DNA of 64,000 bases from IMG/VR virus record IMGVR_UViG_3300044675_001501, positions 1 to 64,000 of that record. The stretch is one strand, 5' to 3'. This DNA is from a virus. Lineage: Duplodnaviria; Heunggongvirae; Uroviricota; Caudoviricetes. Below are positions 7,465-17,220 of the stretch, piece by piece (the first letter of the stretch is position 1; the number at the start of each line of letters is the position of its first letter). The translations under genes and the position numbers were made by a program. The notes beneath the pieces were generated by a model. That model was not told the origin of the DNA, did not search any database, and saw nothing but the letters and a program-made list of their open reading frames with translations.

Positions 7465-8626
7465 CCTCCCCTTCGGCTACAGGGGTTTCCACAGCGGCAG
7501 CTGAGGACTCTTCAACGTAATCGCCTGTCGAAACCTTTTCGAACAAGTCAACAAAGGCAAGGCGAGTAGCGTCATCAAATCGATTCGTGCAAAGTTCAAT
7601 TGCTTTCTTCTGATTCTTGAAGATCGCATAAGCACGAACGATGTGAATTAAACGGCGAGTAGTAATTGTTTCGTCAACACCACCAGCATCAAAAGTACGG
7701 CGAATAGCATCAGCCCACTTGACCATGTTCTCAGCAAACTTCTCATCAAAGCAACCGTAAGAAGTCATGAGATTAGTAACGATCTTCATCTCAGTACGCT
7801 GCTCAGGGTATTCCTGGTTGAAGGTAACAGCGAATCGCTCAAGAAATGCTTCGTTAAGAACATTGGTACCAATGTAACGACCATCTTCGCTACCCTTACC
7901 TTTTGTGTTTGCGGTAGCAAAAATATTGAAACCACGAGCAGGATAGATAAGTTCGTTTTTCAGTTTGAAGTAGAATGGCTTACCTTCAAGAATTGGCTGC
8001 AAGCACATCAGAGTATTTGAGTTACCAGCATCAATCTCATCAAGAAGCAGAGGAATACCAAGACGCATAGCAATAACGATTGGACCTTCAACGATTTCGA
8101 CATTACCATCGATCAAAGTCTTAGTGCCAATCAACTGATCTTCATCAGTCATGCTGTTAAAGTTAATACGAATCAGCGGACGCTTACGCTTTGCGCAAAT
8201 CTGCTCAATGCTGGTAGACTTACCGTTACCAGTTGGACCGCTGATGTAAGAAGGATAAAAGATCTCAGACTTGATAATCTCATCAAGATCTTTATAGTTA
8301 CCGAAGGGGACATAGTTAGGATCAACCTTCGGAATCAAAGATGAAGTGTCGCTATAATTCACAATAACATTCTCATTTTTTTCGGGAGCCAAAGCTGTAT
8401 TGCCAACAACTGGTGCTGTAATATTACCACCAGGAATAGCATACAAACCACGACCAACCTTGTTAGTCATAAGCCAAGAAGGAAACTTGTCAGTTCCGAA
8501 TGAAGTCATAACCTCAATCAATTGAGAGCGAGAAACGACACCCTTAGAAGAAACATCAGGGAACATCTCAAAAAGTTTGGTTTCAAACTCATCACGATAA
8601 GCAGCAGTAGTCATCAAAATCTCCAT
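7451..8626 (-). CDS. cobS: AAA+ ATPase, CobS/MoxR-like
   Basis: Walker A GPTGNGKST and Walker B LLLDEID. The size and context (paired with a vWA protein) resemble the cobS/cobT-like pairs of T4-like phages. Confidence 0.75.
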   Translation of the reverse strand: MEILMTTAAYRDEFETKLFEMFPDVSSKGVVSRSQLIEVMTSFGTDKFPSWLMTNKVGRGLYAIPGGNITAPVVGNTALAPEKNENVIVNYSDTSSLIPKVDPNYVPFGNYKDLDEIIKSEIFYPSYISGPTGNGKSTSIEQICAKRKRPLIRINFNSMTDEDQLIGTKTLIDGNVEIVEGPIVIAMRLGIPLLLDEIDAGNSNTLMCLQPILEGKPFYFKLKNELIYPARGFNIFATANTKGKGSEDGRYIGTNVLNEAFLERFAVTFNQEYPEQRTEMKIVTNLMTSYGCFDEKFAENMVKWADAIRRTFDAGGVDETITTRRLIHIVRAYAIFKNQKKAIELCTNRFDDATRLAFVDLFEKVSTGDYVEESSAAAVETPVAEGEAVSP

Positions 8627-8647
8627 AATAAAATTTACTACAATTAA

Positions 8648-8676
8648 ATTATACTAGCATTGGCAATTAATGTCAA
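8648..8676 (-). promoter_or_regulatory. sigma70 consensus early promoter (TTGACA-N17-TATAAT) for the AAA+ ATPase gene
   Basis: Minus-strand gcTTGACAttaattgccaatgctagTATAAT. Its extended -35 flank resembles the promoter at 7380..7408. Confidence 0.65.
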
Positions 8677-8690
8677 GCAAAATGCAAACT

Positions 8691-10943
8691 TTATGCAACC
8701 AGCCCAACAAAGCGATTCAGAAGGATCCGATTTGTCTTCTGAACATTCAGATACTTGTTGAACGCTTTTGCAATTTGCTTGCTATTCATCTTGTCAGAAA
8801 CTTCCAAGTCTTCATCTTTAATTGCAAGTTTAGACGAAGGGATAATATACAGTTCATCACGACCACAGTTTGTAAGCATAGCGAAGTCATTCTTACGAAT
8901 TTCTTTTTGCATTGCTTCAACCGTAGCCATATCCTCAATAGAACCACCCTTAGCAGAAGTAACATTGTTACGAACAAACCAAGTTAGATCACGGCGAGAA
9001 TTTCTACCGATGTAGAAACCAACAGTAGTAGCGTTATATCGATCTTTGATAATCTGCAGGAACACATTAGTTTGTGTGCTAGATTCCTGAGTGATACGAT
9101 ATTCTTTCTTAGTAATTGGATCAACCAAGTAGTTAAGAACTTTACAACGCTTGTACTCTGGCTCATATACGGTAACGTATTCACGAAGAGACTTGTGATG
9201 ATTACCGTGAAGAGTTCCACCCTCGCCATCAGTCAAAGTAATAAATGTCAGTTTCTCGACATTGTTCTTTGACTTAAACTCAGCAAGATGGTTAGTCATA
9301 AACAGCAACGCTTCATTAAGCGGAGTGCTATTAAGAGTCAATCTAGAACTATAATAATAGAAATTAGAAAGACACATCTGAACCATCTTAGTAAATTCAC
9401 TGTTAGTCATTTTATCAGTGAACAACTCAAGAAGGTAAACATCGGCATTGGTAAAACCGTTGAACGATACATCAGTCTCATCAGGAACTCTGGTATAAGG
9501 ATCTTCTGGGTACAGAATATCACCACGTTCGTTTCTAGGATAACGATCGAAACCATTGCTAAATGCGTAGACACGGAAAGGAATCTGTGCACGCTGGCAG
9601 AACATAACCAGAGTAATAGTTTGCTTCAGCGTATCATGAATGTTATCATACATTGAACCAGACCAGTCAAGCAACATAACCATACCGTGATTCTTTGTAT
9701 CTTTAGTAACAGAGATACGCTTAAAGATGTCATCGGTCAACTGATACATCGCCAGTTTGTTTACGTTCAAATTACCAGTCTTAGAAATTTTACTACGACG
9801 ATAAGCAGTAGCTGACTTACGCATTTCAAATTCTTTGACTAGATAATTGACGATACGGCTACTTTCAGACTTGAATTGTTGAGCAGCTGTGGTCATTCTA
9901 TTAGCAGCTTCTGCTCGCTCCTTATTTCTGTCTGCGTCTGTCAAATAACGATTTGCGAAGTGACGATCGAAGTCTTCATCAAAAACTTTGAAGATTTCTT
10001 TATAAGGTACAACCTGATTGACGTCACGCAAATTGGCAGTCTTAGGTTCCCAACGCTGAACAATAGTATTCGTATCTGCTAGGTCTTGAAGGCGAACACG
10101 CAGGGCACGTTCTGTTTGCGACTCCATTTCAGTGGTAGTCGGTAAGGTAGAAGTATTCTGTGTGTTATCACCAGCAACAAAACGCTTGTTAGAACTGTCA
10201 GACTGTTCTTCATGTTCTGTTTCAGTATAGGGATCATACTCGCCGTCAAAGAAGATTTCATCTTCATCTTCATCTTCATCAACATCACCGAACTCAATTT
10301 CGGTATCGTAATTCATTTGCTCTTCGATATCATCGAGATCTTCTTGAGTGAGTTCTTTGTTGGAGTTGAGTTCTTCCTTACGCTTTTTCAATTCCTCATA
10401 AGAAAAGTTGTAAACTTCAAGAGCAAGATTCTGCACGTCTTTGATAGTGTCGCACTTGTCAACTCGGCGAACAAGTTCCATTTCTTGCGGTGTAAACTTA
10501 ACACCAGAGTTGATGCCAACTTTGTAATAGATGTTGATGCGGTCAATCAGCAAAAGTTTGCTGAGGTCTTTGTCTTTAACTTCAAAGAAGTCTTTGTCGT
10601 TGAGGTATTTGTATCCAGCAATAAAGCATTTACGCAAGCCAGGATACTTGTTCTTCATCATTTTTTCAATGCGAACATCTTCAATCACATTAAGATAACT
10701 GTGCATCTTGTGGTAGTTTTCTGTTTGAAGGTATTCTTGAGAAGTGAACAAAGCATGCCCAACCTCATGGGAAATGAGCATGTCCTCCACATCTTCGTTC
10801 ATTTCTTTCCAAAGAGGGAGGACTAGTGTACGACTGGTGATATCAAATGAAGCAGTAGTCGTTCTTGCGCGAACCACGTTCAGGTTCTCGGCTGCAAGAA
10901 GGCGAGCAAGCATGTCCTTACTATTCATAATGTAGGTCTCCAA
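8691..10943 (-). CDS. cobT: vWA-domain protein (CobT-like) with an N-terminal HExxH metallopeptidase-like motif and an acidic linker
   Basis: HEVGH with a downstream Glu (…NVIEDVRIE). A poly-acidic stretch DEDEDEDE. A vWA MIDAS motif VMLLDWSGSM. 750 aa. Confidence 0.7.
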   Translation of the reverse strand: METYIMNSKDMLARLLAAENLNVVRARTTTASFDITSRTLVLPLWKEMNEDVEDMLISHEVGHALFTSQEYLQTENYHKMHSYLNVIEDVRIEKMMKNKYPGLRKCFIAGYKYLNDKDFFEVKDKDLSKLLLIDRINIYYKVGINSGVKFTPQEMELVRRVDKCDTIKDVQNLALEVYNFSYEELKKRKEELNSNKELTQEDLDDIEEQMNYDTEIEFGDVDEDEDEDEIFFDGEYDPYTETEHEEQSDSSNKRFVAGDNTQNTSTLPTTTEMESQTERALRVRLQDLADTNTIVQRWEPKTANLRDVNQVVPYKEIFKVFDEDFDRHFANRYLTDADRNKERAEAANRMTTAAQQFKSESSRIVNYLVKEFEMRKSATAYRRSKISKTGNLNVNKLAMYQLTDDIFKRISVTKDTKNHGMVMLLDWSGSMYDNIHDTLKQTITLVMFCQRAQIPFRVYAFSNGFDRYPRNERGDILYPEDPYTRVPDETDVSFNGFTNADVYLLELFTDKMTNSEFTKMVQMCLSNFYYYSSRLTLNSTPLNEALLFMTNHLAEFKSKNNVEKLTFITLTDGEGGTLHGNHHKSLREYVTVYEPEYKRCKVLNYLVDPITKKEYRITQESSTQTNVFLQIIKDRYNATTVGFYIGRNSRRDLTWFVRNNVTSAKGGSIEDMATVEAMQKEIRKNDFAMLTNCGRDELYIIPSSKLAIKDEDLEVSDKMNSKQIAKAFNKYLNVQKTNRILLNRFVGLVA

Positions 10944-10959
10944 GTTTATTACAGTTAGA

Positions 10960-10988
10960 ATTATGCCCTATTTATGAATTAAAAGCAA
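10960..10988 (-). promoter_or_regulatory. sigma70-like promoter (TTGCTT-N17-CATAAT) for the vWA gene
   Basis: Minus-strand cTTGCTTttaattcataaatagggCATAAT with a 17-nt spacer. Confidence 0.45.
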
Positions 10989-11003
10989 GTCTTGCATATT
11001 TGT

Positions 11004-11026
11004 CCTTTAAAATCAAGGACTTACAG
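11004..11026 (-). repeat. copy 2 of the 23-nt element, 4 nt after the gp46 stop
   Basis: Exact match to 7442..7464. Confidence 0.6.
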
Positions 11027-11030
11027 AGGG

Positions 11031-12749
11031 TTATGGTGCTGACATGACTGAAAAATCGTTCTTCTTTTCGAACTTTACCACACTATGAAACTTGTCAAAT
11101 AGTTGGTCGCCCTTGTGAGAAATTACAAAAACATTAGTCTTTTCGCCCAACTGATTCATCACACTCAAGAAATAGTCAGTTCCTGCTGTGTCTAGAGATG
11201 AATCAAAGATCTCATCCAAGATAAGTAGGTTAGTGTTAACTGAGTTCTTCATCTTCGCAATCTGTCGCCAAGTAAACAAGATAGCCAAGTCAATACGCAT
11301 CTTCTCACCTTCTGAGAAACTCGCATAGGTAAACTCATCACGGAATCTAGACTTAATAGTTTCGTTGAATGATTCATCTAATTCAAAGTGAACATAGAAG
11401 TCCATAGCCTGTAGATACATGTTAATTAACTTGTTCATAGCAGGTAGATATTCTTTGATCACCGCAGTCTTAATTCCAGTGTCCTTTAGTAAGGTAGCTG
11501 AGATTTCTTGAATAGTTCTTTCTTCGCTTAGGACTGTCTTTCTGTCCAGGAACTGCATAGCAGCTTTCGCTAACTCCTTCAACTTAACTTTTTCAGCATC
11601 AATACTTTCAGTGTTAGACTTTGTGTTTTCTATTTCCTGAAGGAGTTTAGTGTTCTGAGAGTTTAGAGTTGAGATTGTGCTATTCATAGTTGAGATTTCA
11701 ATGTTTAACTCAGAGATCTCAGTAACTATGTCATCTATTTGCTTCAATCTAGTTCCTAGATCTTCTAGTCTAGTTTTGATACTATCTTTCTCTGTCTGAT
11801 TAATCTCAAGATCAGCAGTTAAAGTAGTCGCAATCTTTTCAGCATGGGAATGTGGGATGTTCTGATCGCAAGATGGGCACTGGTCGTTTGACGAAAAGAA
11901 TCTAACTCTTTCGTTTAGATCAGAAACTTTTTGATTAATCTTTACCAAAGTTTCTTTAAATGAGGCAATCCCCTCAGTAACAGCTTGCTTATCTGCTATA
12001 TCCTCTCGTAATTCCTTAACTCGATTAGATAGTTCCGTAAGAGTTGTTGTTGTGGTATGAATCTCAGCTTCGTTTGATTGAATTCTTGTTCTAATAGAAT
12101 CAAGGTGCTCTTTCTTTGAAGTAACGAGGCTAGAGATGATCTTCTGTTGAGACTCCACTGCTGACTTTGAAATTTGTAGCTGCGATTCGACATTAGCCAA
12201 TTCCTCTTTGGTTGCTTGTACTTTTTCTTTTAAGAGTTGATTCATCGTAGAGAAAATCTTAATGTCTAAGATATCTTCAATAACTTCTCTACGCTGACCA
12301 GAAGGTAACTGCATAAATGGAACAAATGATGCGCTACCCAGAATAACAACCTGAGTAAATGTCTTATAGTTTAGTTTTAAGATTTGTTGCTCTAGAATCT
12401 TTTGGTAATCCTTAGAGGCAGCATCTTGATTGATTAGATTGTCGTTGTGATAGATCTCAAACAAGTTTGGTTTGATACCACGCTTGATAACATAGTTGTT
12501 TGAGGCAATAGAAAATTCTACTACAACCAAACACTGCTTTTGATTGATGCTGTTGACTAGCTGCCCTTTGTTAATGTTTCTAAATGGTTTTCCGAATAGA
12601 GCAAAACAAAGAGCATCTAGAATAGTCGATTTACCGTCACCATTCTTACCAACAATCAATGTTGACTGCGAACGATTAAGTAAAACTTTATTTGGGGAAT
12701 TGCCTGTTGATAAAAAGTTTTTCCATTCTATAGATTTAAATACGATCAT
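11031..12749 (-). CDS. 46: recombination endonuclease subunit gp46 (SbcC/Rad50-like ATPase)
   Basis: N-terminal Walker A GKNGDGKST, long coiled-coil middle, a CPSC zinc-hook-like motif, and C-terminal signature and D-loop (LLILDEIFDS). Confidence 0.85.
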   Translation of the reverse strand: MIVFKSIEWKNFLSTGNSPNKVLLNRSQSTLIVGKNGDGKSTILDALCFALFGKPFRNINKGQLVNSINQKQCLVVVEFSIASNNYVIKRGIKPNLFEIYHNDNLINQDAASKDYQKILEQQILKLNYKTFTQVVILGSASFVPFMQLPSGQRREVIEDILDIKIFSTMNQLLKEKVQATKEELANVESQLQISKSAVESQQKIISSLVTSKKEHLDSIRTRIQSNEAEIHTTTTTLTELSNRVKELREDIADKQAVTEGIASFKETLVKINQKVSDLNERVRFFSSNDQCPSCDQNIPHSHAEKIATTLTADLEINQTEKDSIKTRLEDLGTRLKQIDDIVTEISELNIEISTMNSTISTLNSQNTKLLQEIENTKSNTESIDAEKVKLKELAKAAMQFLDRKTVLSEERTIQEISATLLKDTGIKTAVIKEYLPAMNKLINMYLQAMDFYVHFELDESFNETIKSRFRDEFTYASFSEGEKMRIDLAILFTWRQIAKMKNSVNTNLLILDEIFDSSLDTAGTDYFLSVMNQLGEKTNVFVISHKGDQLFDKFHSVVKFEKKNDFSVMSAP

Positions 12750-13069
12750 TTATCTTTCCATTTCCATCCAAGCATGAACTCAGTATATTTTCTATTAAGC
12801 CAACTTGGTTTCTCAGTTCTCCATATTTGGATACTTTCAGTAACCTGCCAATAACCAATAGAGTCAGGCGATGGTATAAACTGAAAAGAAGGAGAAGTGT
12901 TTATTGTTGTACTACCTGTTAAACCATTCGCAACCAAGTAACTAGAAACAGTGTTTAAAGAAACTAGATTAGATTTCTGTCTTTGATAATCTTCGCATGG
13001 TGAATAGTCAAGATTCAGCGGAATCTGCTCCGTCAGCGGAAAGAAATATCTTATTTCTAATTGTTGCAT
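12746..13069 (-). CDS. hypothetical protein (107 aa) between gp47 and gp46
   Basis: Occupies the position of the T4 46.1/46.2-like small ORFs. Overlapping start and stop codons. Confidence 0.45.
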   Translation of the reverse strand: MQQLEIRYFFPLTEQIPLNLDYSPCEDYQRQKSNLVSLNTVSSYLVANGLTGSTTINTSPSFQFIPSPDSIGYWQVTESIQIWRTEKPSWLNRKYTEFMLGWKWKDK

Positions 13070-14133
13070 TAGACCACCTCAACATTAATTGCCTCAGTAT
13101 AAAGAGACTTCATATAAGTTTTGACTTTCTCTTTGTCAGTATCTGTTTGAACAGAGTCGATGTAATCATTTAGCAAATCAACAGTGTCCTCAAGATTTAT
13201 GTCTGACGAAACTGCGCCTTCATTGTATTCAGAGAAGTCTTCAATAATTTTGATCTCGGCGCATCCTTTATTATATAACTGTTGAAGGAATTGGTCAAAC
13301 TTGTAATAATCAGTCTTGTTAACAACTACAACTTTAACGAAACAATTTTTTAAGTCGAGTAGCGAAATGTCTTGGACTTCGCTGGTGTCGTCGTACTCGA
13401 ATCTTGTAAACATACTATAATCGTTTCTGATAAACTCGAGTTGTCTGGTCCCAAGGTCAAACAAGTGAAACCCTCTGGGATCGTTATAGTCCTGCCACGT
13501 GAGCTCATAAGGATTTCCGAGGTAAAAGATATGACCGTCGTTAGAGCGATGATGGTAATGACCACTGAATACCATATCAAATTTTTTGAATAGATCTTTT
13601 CCGAGTCCCTCATGAGATTCCATCCCTCTATACATTGCGAAGCCAGCAATCTCAAAGTGCCCCATACAAAGAGTTGCTGATGTGTTATTGATTTCATCCA
13701 TCGCTCTTTGATAGTTGTCTGCGCATATCCAAGGAATCATGCAAACATCGCAATCAATATCTTCATAGTTGAGATGAATTGTTTGTGGGGTGTCGATTAC
13801 GTTGATGTTGTCGTACTCTCTTAAGAGTAGATCTGGTGAGTTTACATCGTTGGTGTTTTTGTAATAAGTGTCGTGATTACCAGCAAGCATATGAACTTGA
13901 ATTTCTCGCTTGGCTAGTTCATCAAAGAACATTCTCTTTGCTCTGTCAAGAGCATAGAAATTTACATACTTACGTCGATCAAAAGTATCGCCAAGAATAA
14001 GAACAGTATTAATACCAGCTGCGTCAAGACTAGGAAAGAAAATATTGTCATAGAATTTTTGAAAAAAGTCTAGAAATAAAACACTGTCATTACGAGCACC
14101 AAAATGTTGGTCAGTTATAATAGCAACTTTCAT
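13069..14133 (-). CDS. 47: recombination endonuclease subunit gp47 (Mre11/SbcD-like phosphoesterase)
   Basis: Calcineurin-like phosphoesterase motifs (DQHFG…GDTFD…GNHD…GHYH). Confidence 0.85.
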   Translation of the reverse strand: MKVAIITDQHFGARNDSVLFLDFFQKFYDNIFFPSLDAAGINTVLILGDTFDRRKYVNFYALDRAKRMFFDELAKREIQVHMLAGNHDTYYKNTNDVNSPDLLLREYDNINVIDTPQTIHLNYEDIDCDVCMIPWICADNYQRAMDEINNTSATLCMGHFEIAGFAMYRGMESHEGLGKDLFKKFDMVFSGHYHHRSNDGHIFYLGNPYELTWQDYNDPRGFHLFDLGTRQLEFIRNDYSMFTRFEYDDTSEVQDISLLDLKNCFVKVVVVNKTDYYKFDQFLQQLYNKGCAEIKIIEDFSEYNEGAVSSDINLEDTVDLLNDYIDSVQTDTDKEKVKTYMKSLYTEAINVEVV

Positions 14134-14687
14134 TCTTCACCTTTTATTAAATCCTCAAGACTATTCGACTTTGCTAACTTTTTCTGTTTTCTTTTTTGCT
14201 TCTTGCGTTCAATAAAGTCATCAAAGTCATTGTTCATCTGCATATATTCAAGATACGTATTATGGTGGTCATCGCCATCATCATGATCCTGAAGTTCAAA
14301 CGCTTCGAACGGCATCTGTTGGATAAGTTTCTGTTTGACGTAGCTTTGTTTCTTTTCCTTGGCTATCGTCCTTAAGAACGAATAATATATTACCTGCGTA
14401 AAATAAGCAAATGGGTTATTGGATTTAGAAGGATCAAAGTTTTTAACAATAGCAAGACAGTTTTCAACACCGTCAAGTATCATATCATTACGGTAGCTGT
14501 AGTTAATGAAGTTACCTTTATATGAGAGGTGAGTAGCAATTTTGTAAAAGCATTCCCCAATATAGTTTGTAACTTGCGGAGGATCATCTCCTGATTCTTC
14601 AGCTTCTTTTACCTTTGTCTTCCATTCAACAATTGCTTTTAAAAATTCTTCATTGTTTACATAATGTGCACCACCTGCCATAACCAA
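14130..14687 (-). CDS. 55: late-transcription sigma factor gp55
   Basis: 'YVNNEEFLKAIVEWKT' aligns with T4 gp55 'YVNNKELLQAIIDWKT'. Similar length. Confidence 0.85.
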   Translation of the reverse strand: MVMAGGAHYVNNEEFLKAIVEWKTKVKEAEESGDDPPQVTNYIGECFYKIATHLSYKGNFINYSYRNDMILDGVENCLAIVKNFDPSKSNNPFAYFTQVIYYSFLRTIAKEKKQSYVKQKLIQQMPFEAFELQDHDDGDDHHNTYLEYMQMNNDFDDFIERKKQKRKQKKLAKSNSLEDLIKGEE

Positions 14688-14711
14688 CTCCTCTTGTTTT
14701 TAACTACTTAC

Positions 14712-14740
14712 ATTATACCTTAACATTATCAATAAGTAAA
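14712..14740 (-). promoter_or_regulatory. early promoter for gp55-gp47-gp46 (TTTACT-N17-TATAAT), followed by an AAGAGGAG RBS
   Basis: Perfect -10 hexamer and a 4/6 match at -35. Confidence 0.5.
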
Positions 14741-14812
14741 ATATTTTTCTTTGCAAACTTTGCTTTTCGCTTGACATAAGAACATAATTACGGTGTAGGG
14801 GTTGATAGATAC

Positions 14813-15286
14813 CTAGTGAAGTGTATTATTACCTCTTACCACTTGCTTCTCTTCTTCCTCCTGCTGCTCTTCCTGAGGATCTTCAGCAAGAGACTTCAAA
14901 TGATCCATAAGTCTGTTCACTCTATCAGATAACTCCTCCACCGAAGAAGGTGGTTCATCAGGAACTTCGATAGTAGCTTCATATTCATTCACCAAACGAA
15001 CATAAAACGGTATAGCATATTGGTGAACTCTCTTCTCAAATACAATATCTCTTTTCTTGAATTCAAAGATCTTGTCTTCTGCGAATTTGCAGTATGGTGC
15101 TGCTGTAACATGTTCTCCGATCTCTCCATCATTCATAAAGGGAAAGCTCTTAATCAACATTGGATATTCAATTGTTACAGAGGTTTGCGATTCATCTCTT
15201 TTTACTGCCATAATTTGTTCACCAGTAACTAATTTTAAAACAACATACTCATCTTTTGCAGTTAGGTTGAATTCGTTCTCGTTCAT
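14813..15286 (-). CDS. hypothetical protein (157 aa) with an acidic C-terminus
   Basis: Open frame in operon context. No homology recognised. Confidence 0.45.
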   Translation of the reverse strand: MNENEFNLTAKDEYVVLKLVTGEQIMAVKRDESQTSVTIEYPMLIKSFPFMNDGEIGEHVTAAPYCKFAEDKIFEFKKRDIVFEKRVHQYAIPFYVRLVNEYEATIEVPDEPPSSVEELSDRVNRLMDHLKSLAEDPQEEQQEEEEKQVVRGNNTLH

Positions 15287-16770
15287 ATTTCGACCTCTAC
15301 GATCTTATAATTAAATTGTTCTTCTGAGTATGTTTTAATTCTCTCAGCGAAGTGGTTTAGCGTATGATTTTTCCAAGATTTCCAGTGAAGATCATCTGCT
15401 ATATCGTAAAGATTACATTCTGTCTTGCCATCTTTTAATCTTAGACCACGCCCAATACTTTGTAAATTGCGTATCTTACTTTTAGAAGGGGACGCAAAAA
15501 TAACATTCTCAATCGAAGGTATATTGATGCCTGTCGAGAAGGTGCCAAACGACGCAATAATGATAGCATCTTCCTCTCCCTCGCAGATATGCCTAATTGC
15601 CTCTCGATCAGATGTTTCGGTGCCACCATAAACGAAAAATACTTTTCTATCTTCATCAGCTTTTTCTTTGATTAGATCGTAAAGAACTTTTCCATGTTTC
15701 TCAACAAACTGAAAAAGAACTAGAGTATTACCACTTGACTTTACGGCAAGATTACGAATAAATCTATTTCGTTTCTCATGAGTAACTATAAAGTCCATCT
15801 CGTCTTGATAGTTATTGTTCTTTCTACCTTGACGAGTTATGTCATCGTACTTTAGTAATATACAGGTAATATTTAGATTCGCTAAACGTGATGAGTCCAT
15901 CAACGCTTTCGTTGTAGTTACTCGGTGGACTGGTCCAAATATTCCTTCAAGTACAAGTCTATGGACTTTCTTATTATCCAGTGTCCCAGTAGTGCCAATG
16001 CGATAACGTACATCGGTAAGTTTCTCCATTACTGACGTCAATGACTTCGCTTTAAACTGGTGCGCTTCATCACCAAAGATGACGTCAAACTGATTAAACC
16101 ATTGTTTTGGTTGTTTATAAATCGACTGCCATGTTGTAATTAATACGTCTTTGGTAAAATCTTTAGGAAACCCAGCATATAGTTTTTGACAGTGTCTATC
16201 AACACGCCAACCATTTGCTGAAGAATAATCTTCAAAATCTGAATATAACTGCTCAACCAAAGAGGTTGTTGGTACTACAATAATACATTTTCTTCCTTGC
16301 TCTAAATGCCATCTTAGAGTAGTATAGATAATAAATGATTTACCAGAAGCAGTTGGTGATAGTAATAGGACACGCTCATCTGTTACAGCTTTGTGAACAG
16401 CTTCTAATTGATAGTCTCTAATCTCGATAGGTTTGCCGTGACCCATTGGTTTTAGCCAATCGGCATAACTTTTAATTTCTTCTATTGAAACTATTGATTT
16501 AGATTCAACAGGAGTAATATAATTTAATTCGTATTCGTTGTTCTTAGCAAACTCTTCTACGTAGCCGAGCAATCCATTGTATAAAGTTTTTCTAAACACA
16601 TCATATAGTCTTACTTTACCATCCCATAATCTAGCTCTATACTGCGGAGTGAACCTCGCTCCTGGATATTCATAAGTGAAGAATTGTGACAACTCCTGCT
16701 CAATACCAGGATCAGCATAACAACGAATAAAAACTTCATTAATTTTTTCTACATTAATAGTACTCATCAA
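15283..16770 (-). CDS. uvsW: UvsW SF2 helicase
   Basis: N-terminus (…RARLWDGKVRLYD…) and C-terminus (…EQFNYKIVEVEI) co-linear with T4 UvsW. Walker A PTASGKS and a DEAH box (FGDEAHQF). Confidence 0.85.
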   Translation of the reverse strand: MMSTINVEKINEVFIRCYADPGIEQELSQFFTYEYPGARFTPQYRARLWDGKVRLYDVFRKTLYNGLLGYVEEFAKNNEYELNYITPVESKSIVSIEEIKSYADWLKPMGHGKPIEIRDYQLEAVHKAVTDERVLLLSPTASGKSFIIYTTLRWHLEQGRKCIIVVPTTSLVEQLYSDFEDYSSANGWRVDRHCQKLYAGFPKDFTKDVLITTWQSIYKQPKQWFNQFDVIFGDEAHQFKAKSLTSVMEKLTDVRYRIGTTGTLDNKKVHRLVLEGIFGPVHRVTTTKALMDSSRLANLNITCILLKYDDITRQGRKNNNYQDEMDFIVTHEKRNRFIRNLAVKSSGNTLVLFQFVEKHGKVLYDLIKEKADEDRKVFFVYGGTETSDREAIRHICEGEEDAIIIASFGTFSTGINIPSIENVIFASPSKSKIRNLQSIGRGLRLKDGKTECNLYDIADDLHWKSWKNHTLNHFAERIKTYSEEQFNYKIVEVEI

Positions 16771-17204
16771 GCGCCACTAATAAATTTTTTCCATTCGATA
16801 CTATTACGAATCTGCCAATCTCTTTGCTTAATTTGATTCATAATGCTCTCAAGATAACTAATAATACTTTCTAGATACTCTTGTCTAAGTTGGGCTTCTG
16901 ATAATTCAAAGTCACCCTCTAGAAACTCTTCCATCTCATTCTTCAATGGTTTAACACCTTGCCATTGTTCCCAGCCATATTGTTCCAACTCACTCTTACT
17001 TAGTTCACCTCTATAATAGCGAAACTTTAGTTGACGTAGTGTGTTGTAATCTTTCTTCGCTTTAGCAAGTTTTAACTTGTAACCGATAAGAAAATTTAAA
17101 TACTTTGCGTGAAGGTTTGGTGTCCTAACTGACTCTCGATCTAGATGATCGTCATCTATGGCACAGTCAGTTTCCCACGCTTCTTGCAGTTGCTCTAAGT
17201 TCAT
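16767..17204 (-). CDS. uvsY: recombination mediator UvsY
   Basis: 'MNLEQLQEAWETDCAIDDDHL' matches T4 UvsY 'MRLEDLQEELKKDVFIDSTKL'. Similar size. Confidence 0.75.
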   Translation of the reverse strand: MNLEQLQEAWETDCAIDDDHLDRESVRTPNLHAKYLNFLIGYKLKLAKAKKDYNTLRQLKFRYYRGELSKSELEQYGWEQWQGVKPLKNEMEEFLEGDFELSEAQLRQEYLESIISYLESIMNQIKQRDWQIRNSIEWKKFISGA

Positions 17205-17220
17205 AATAACTCCAAAAACA

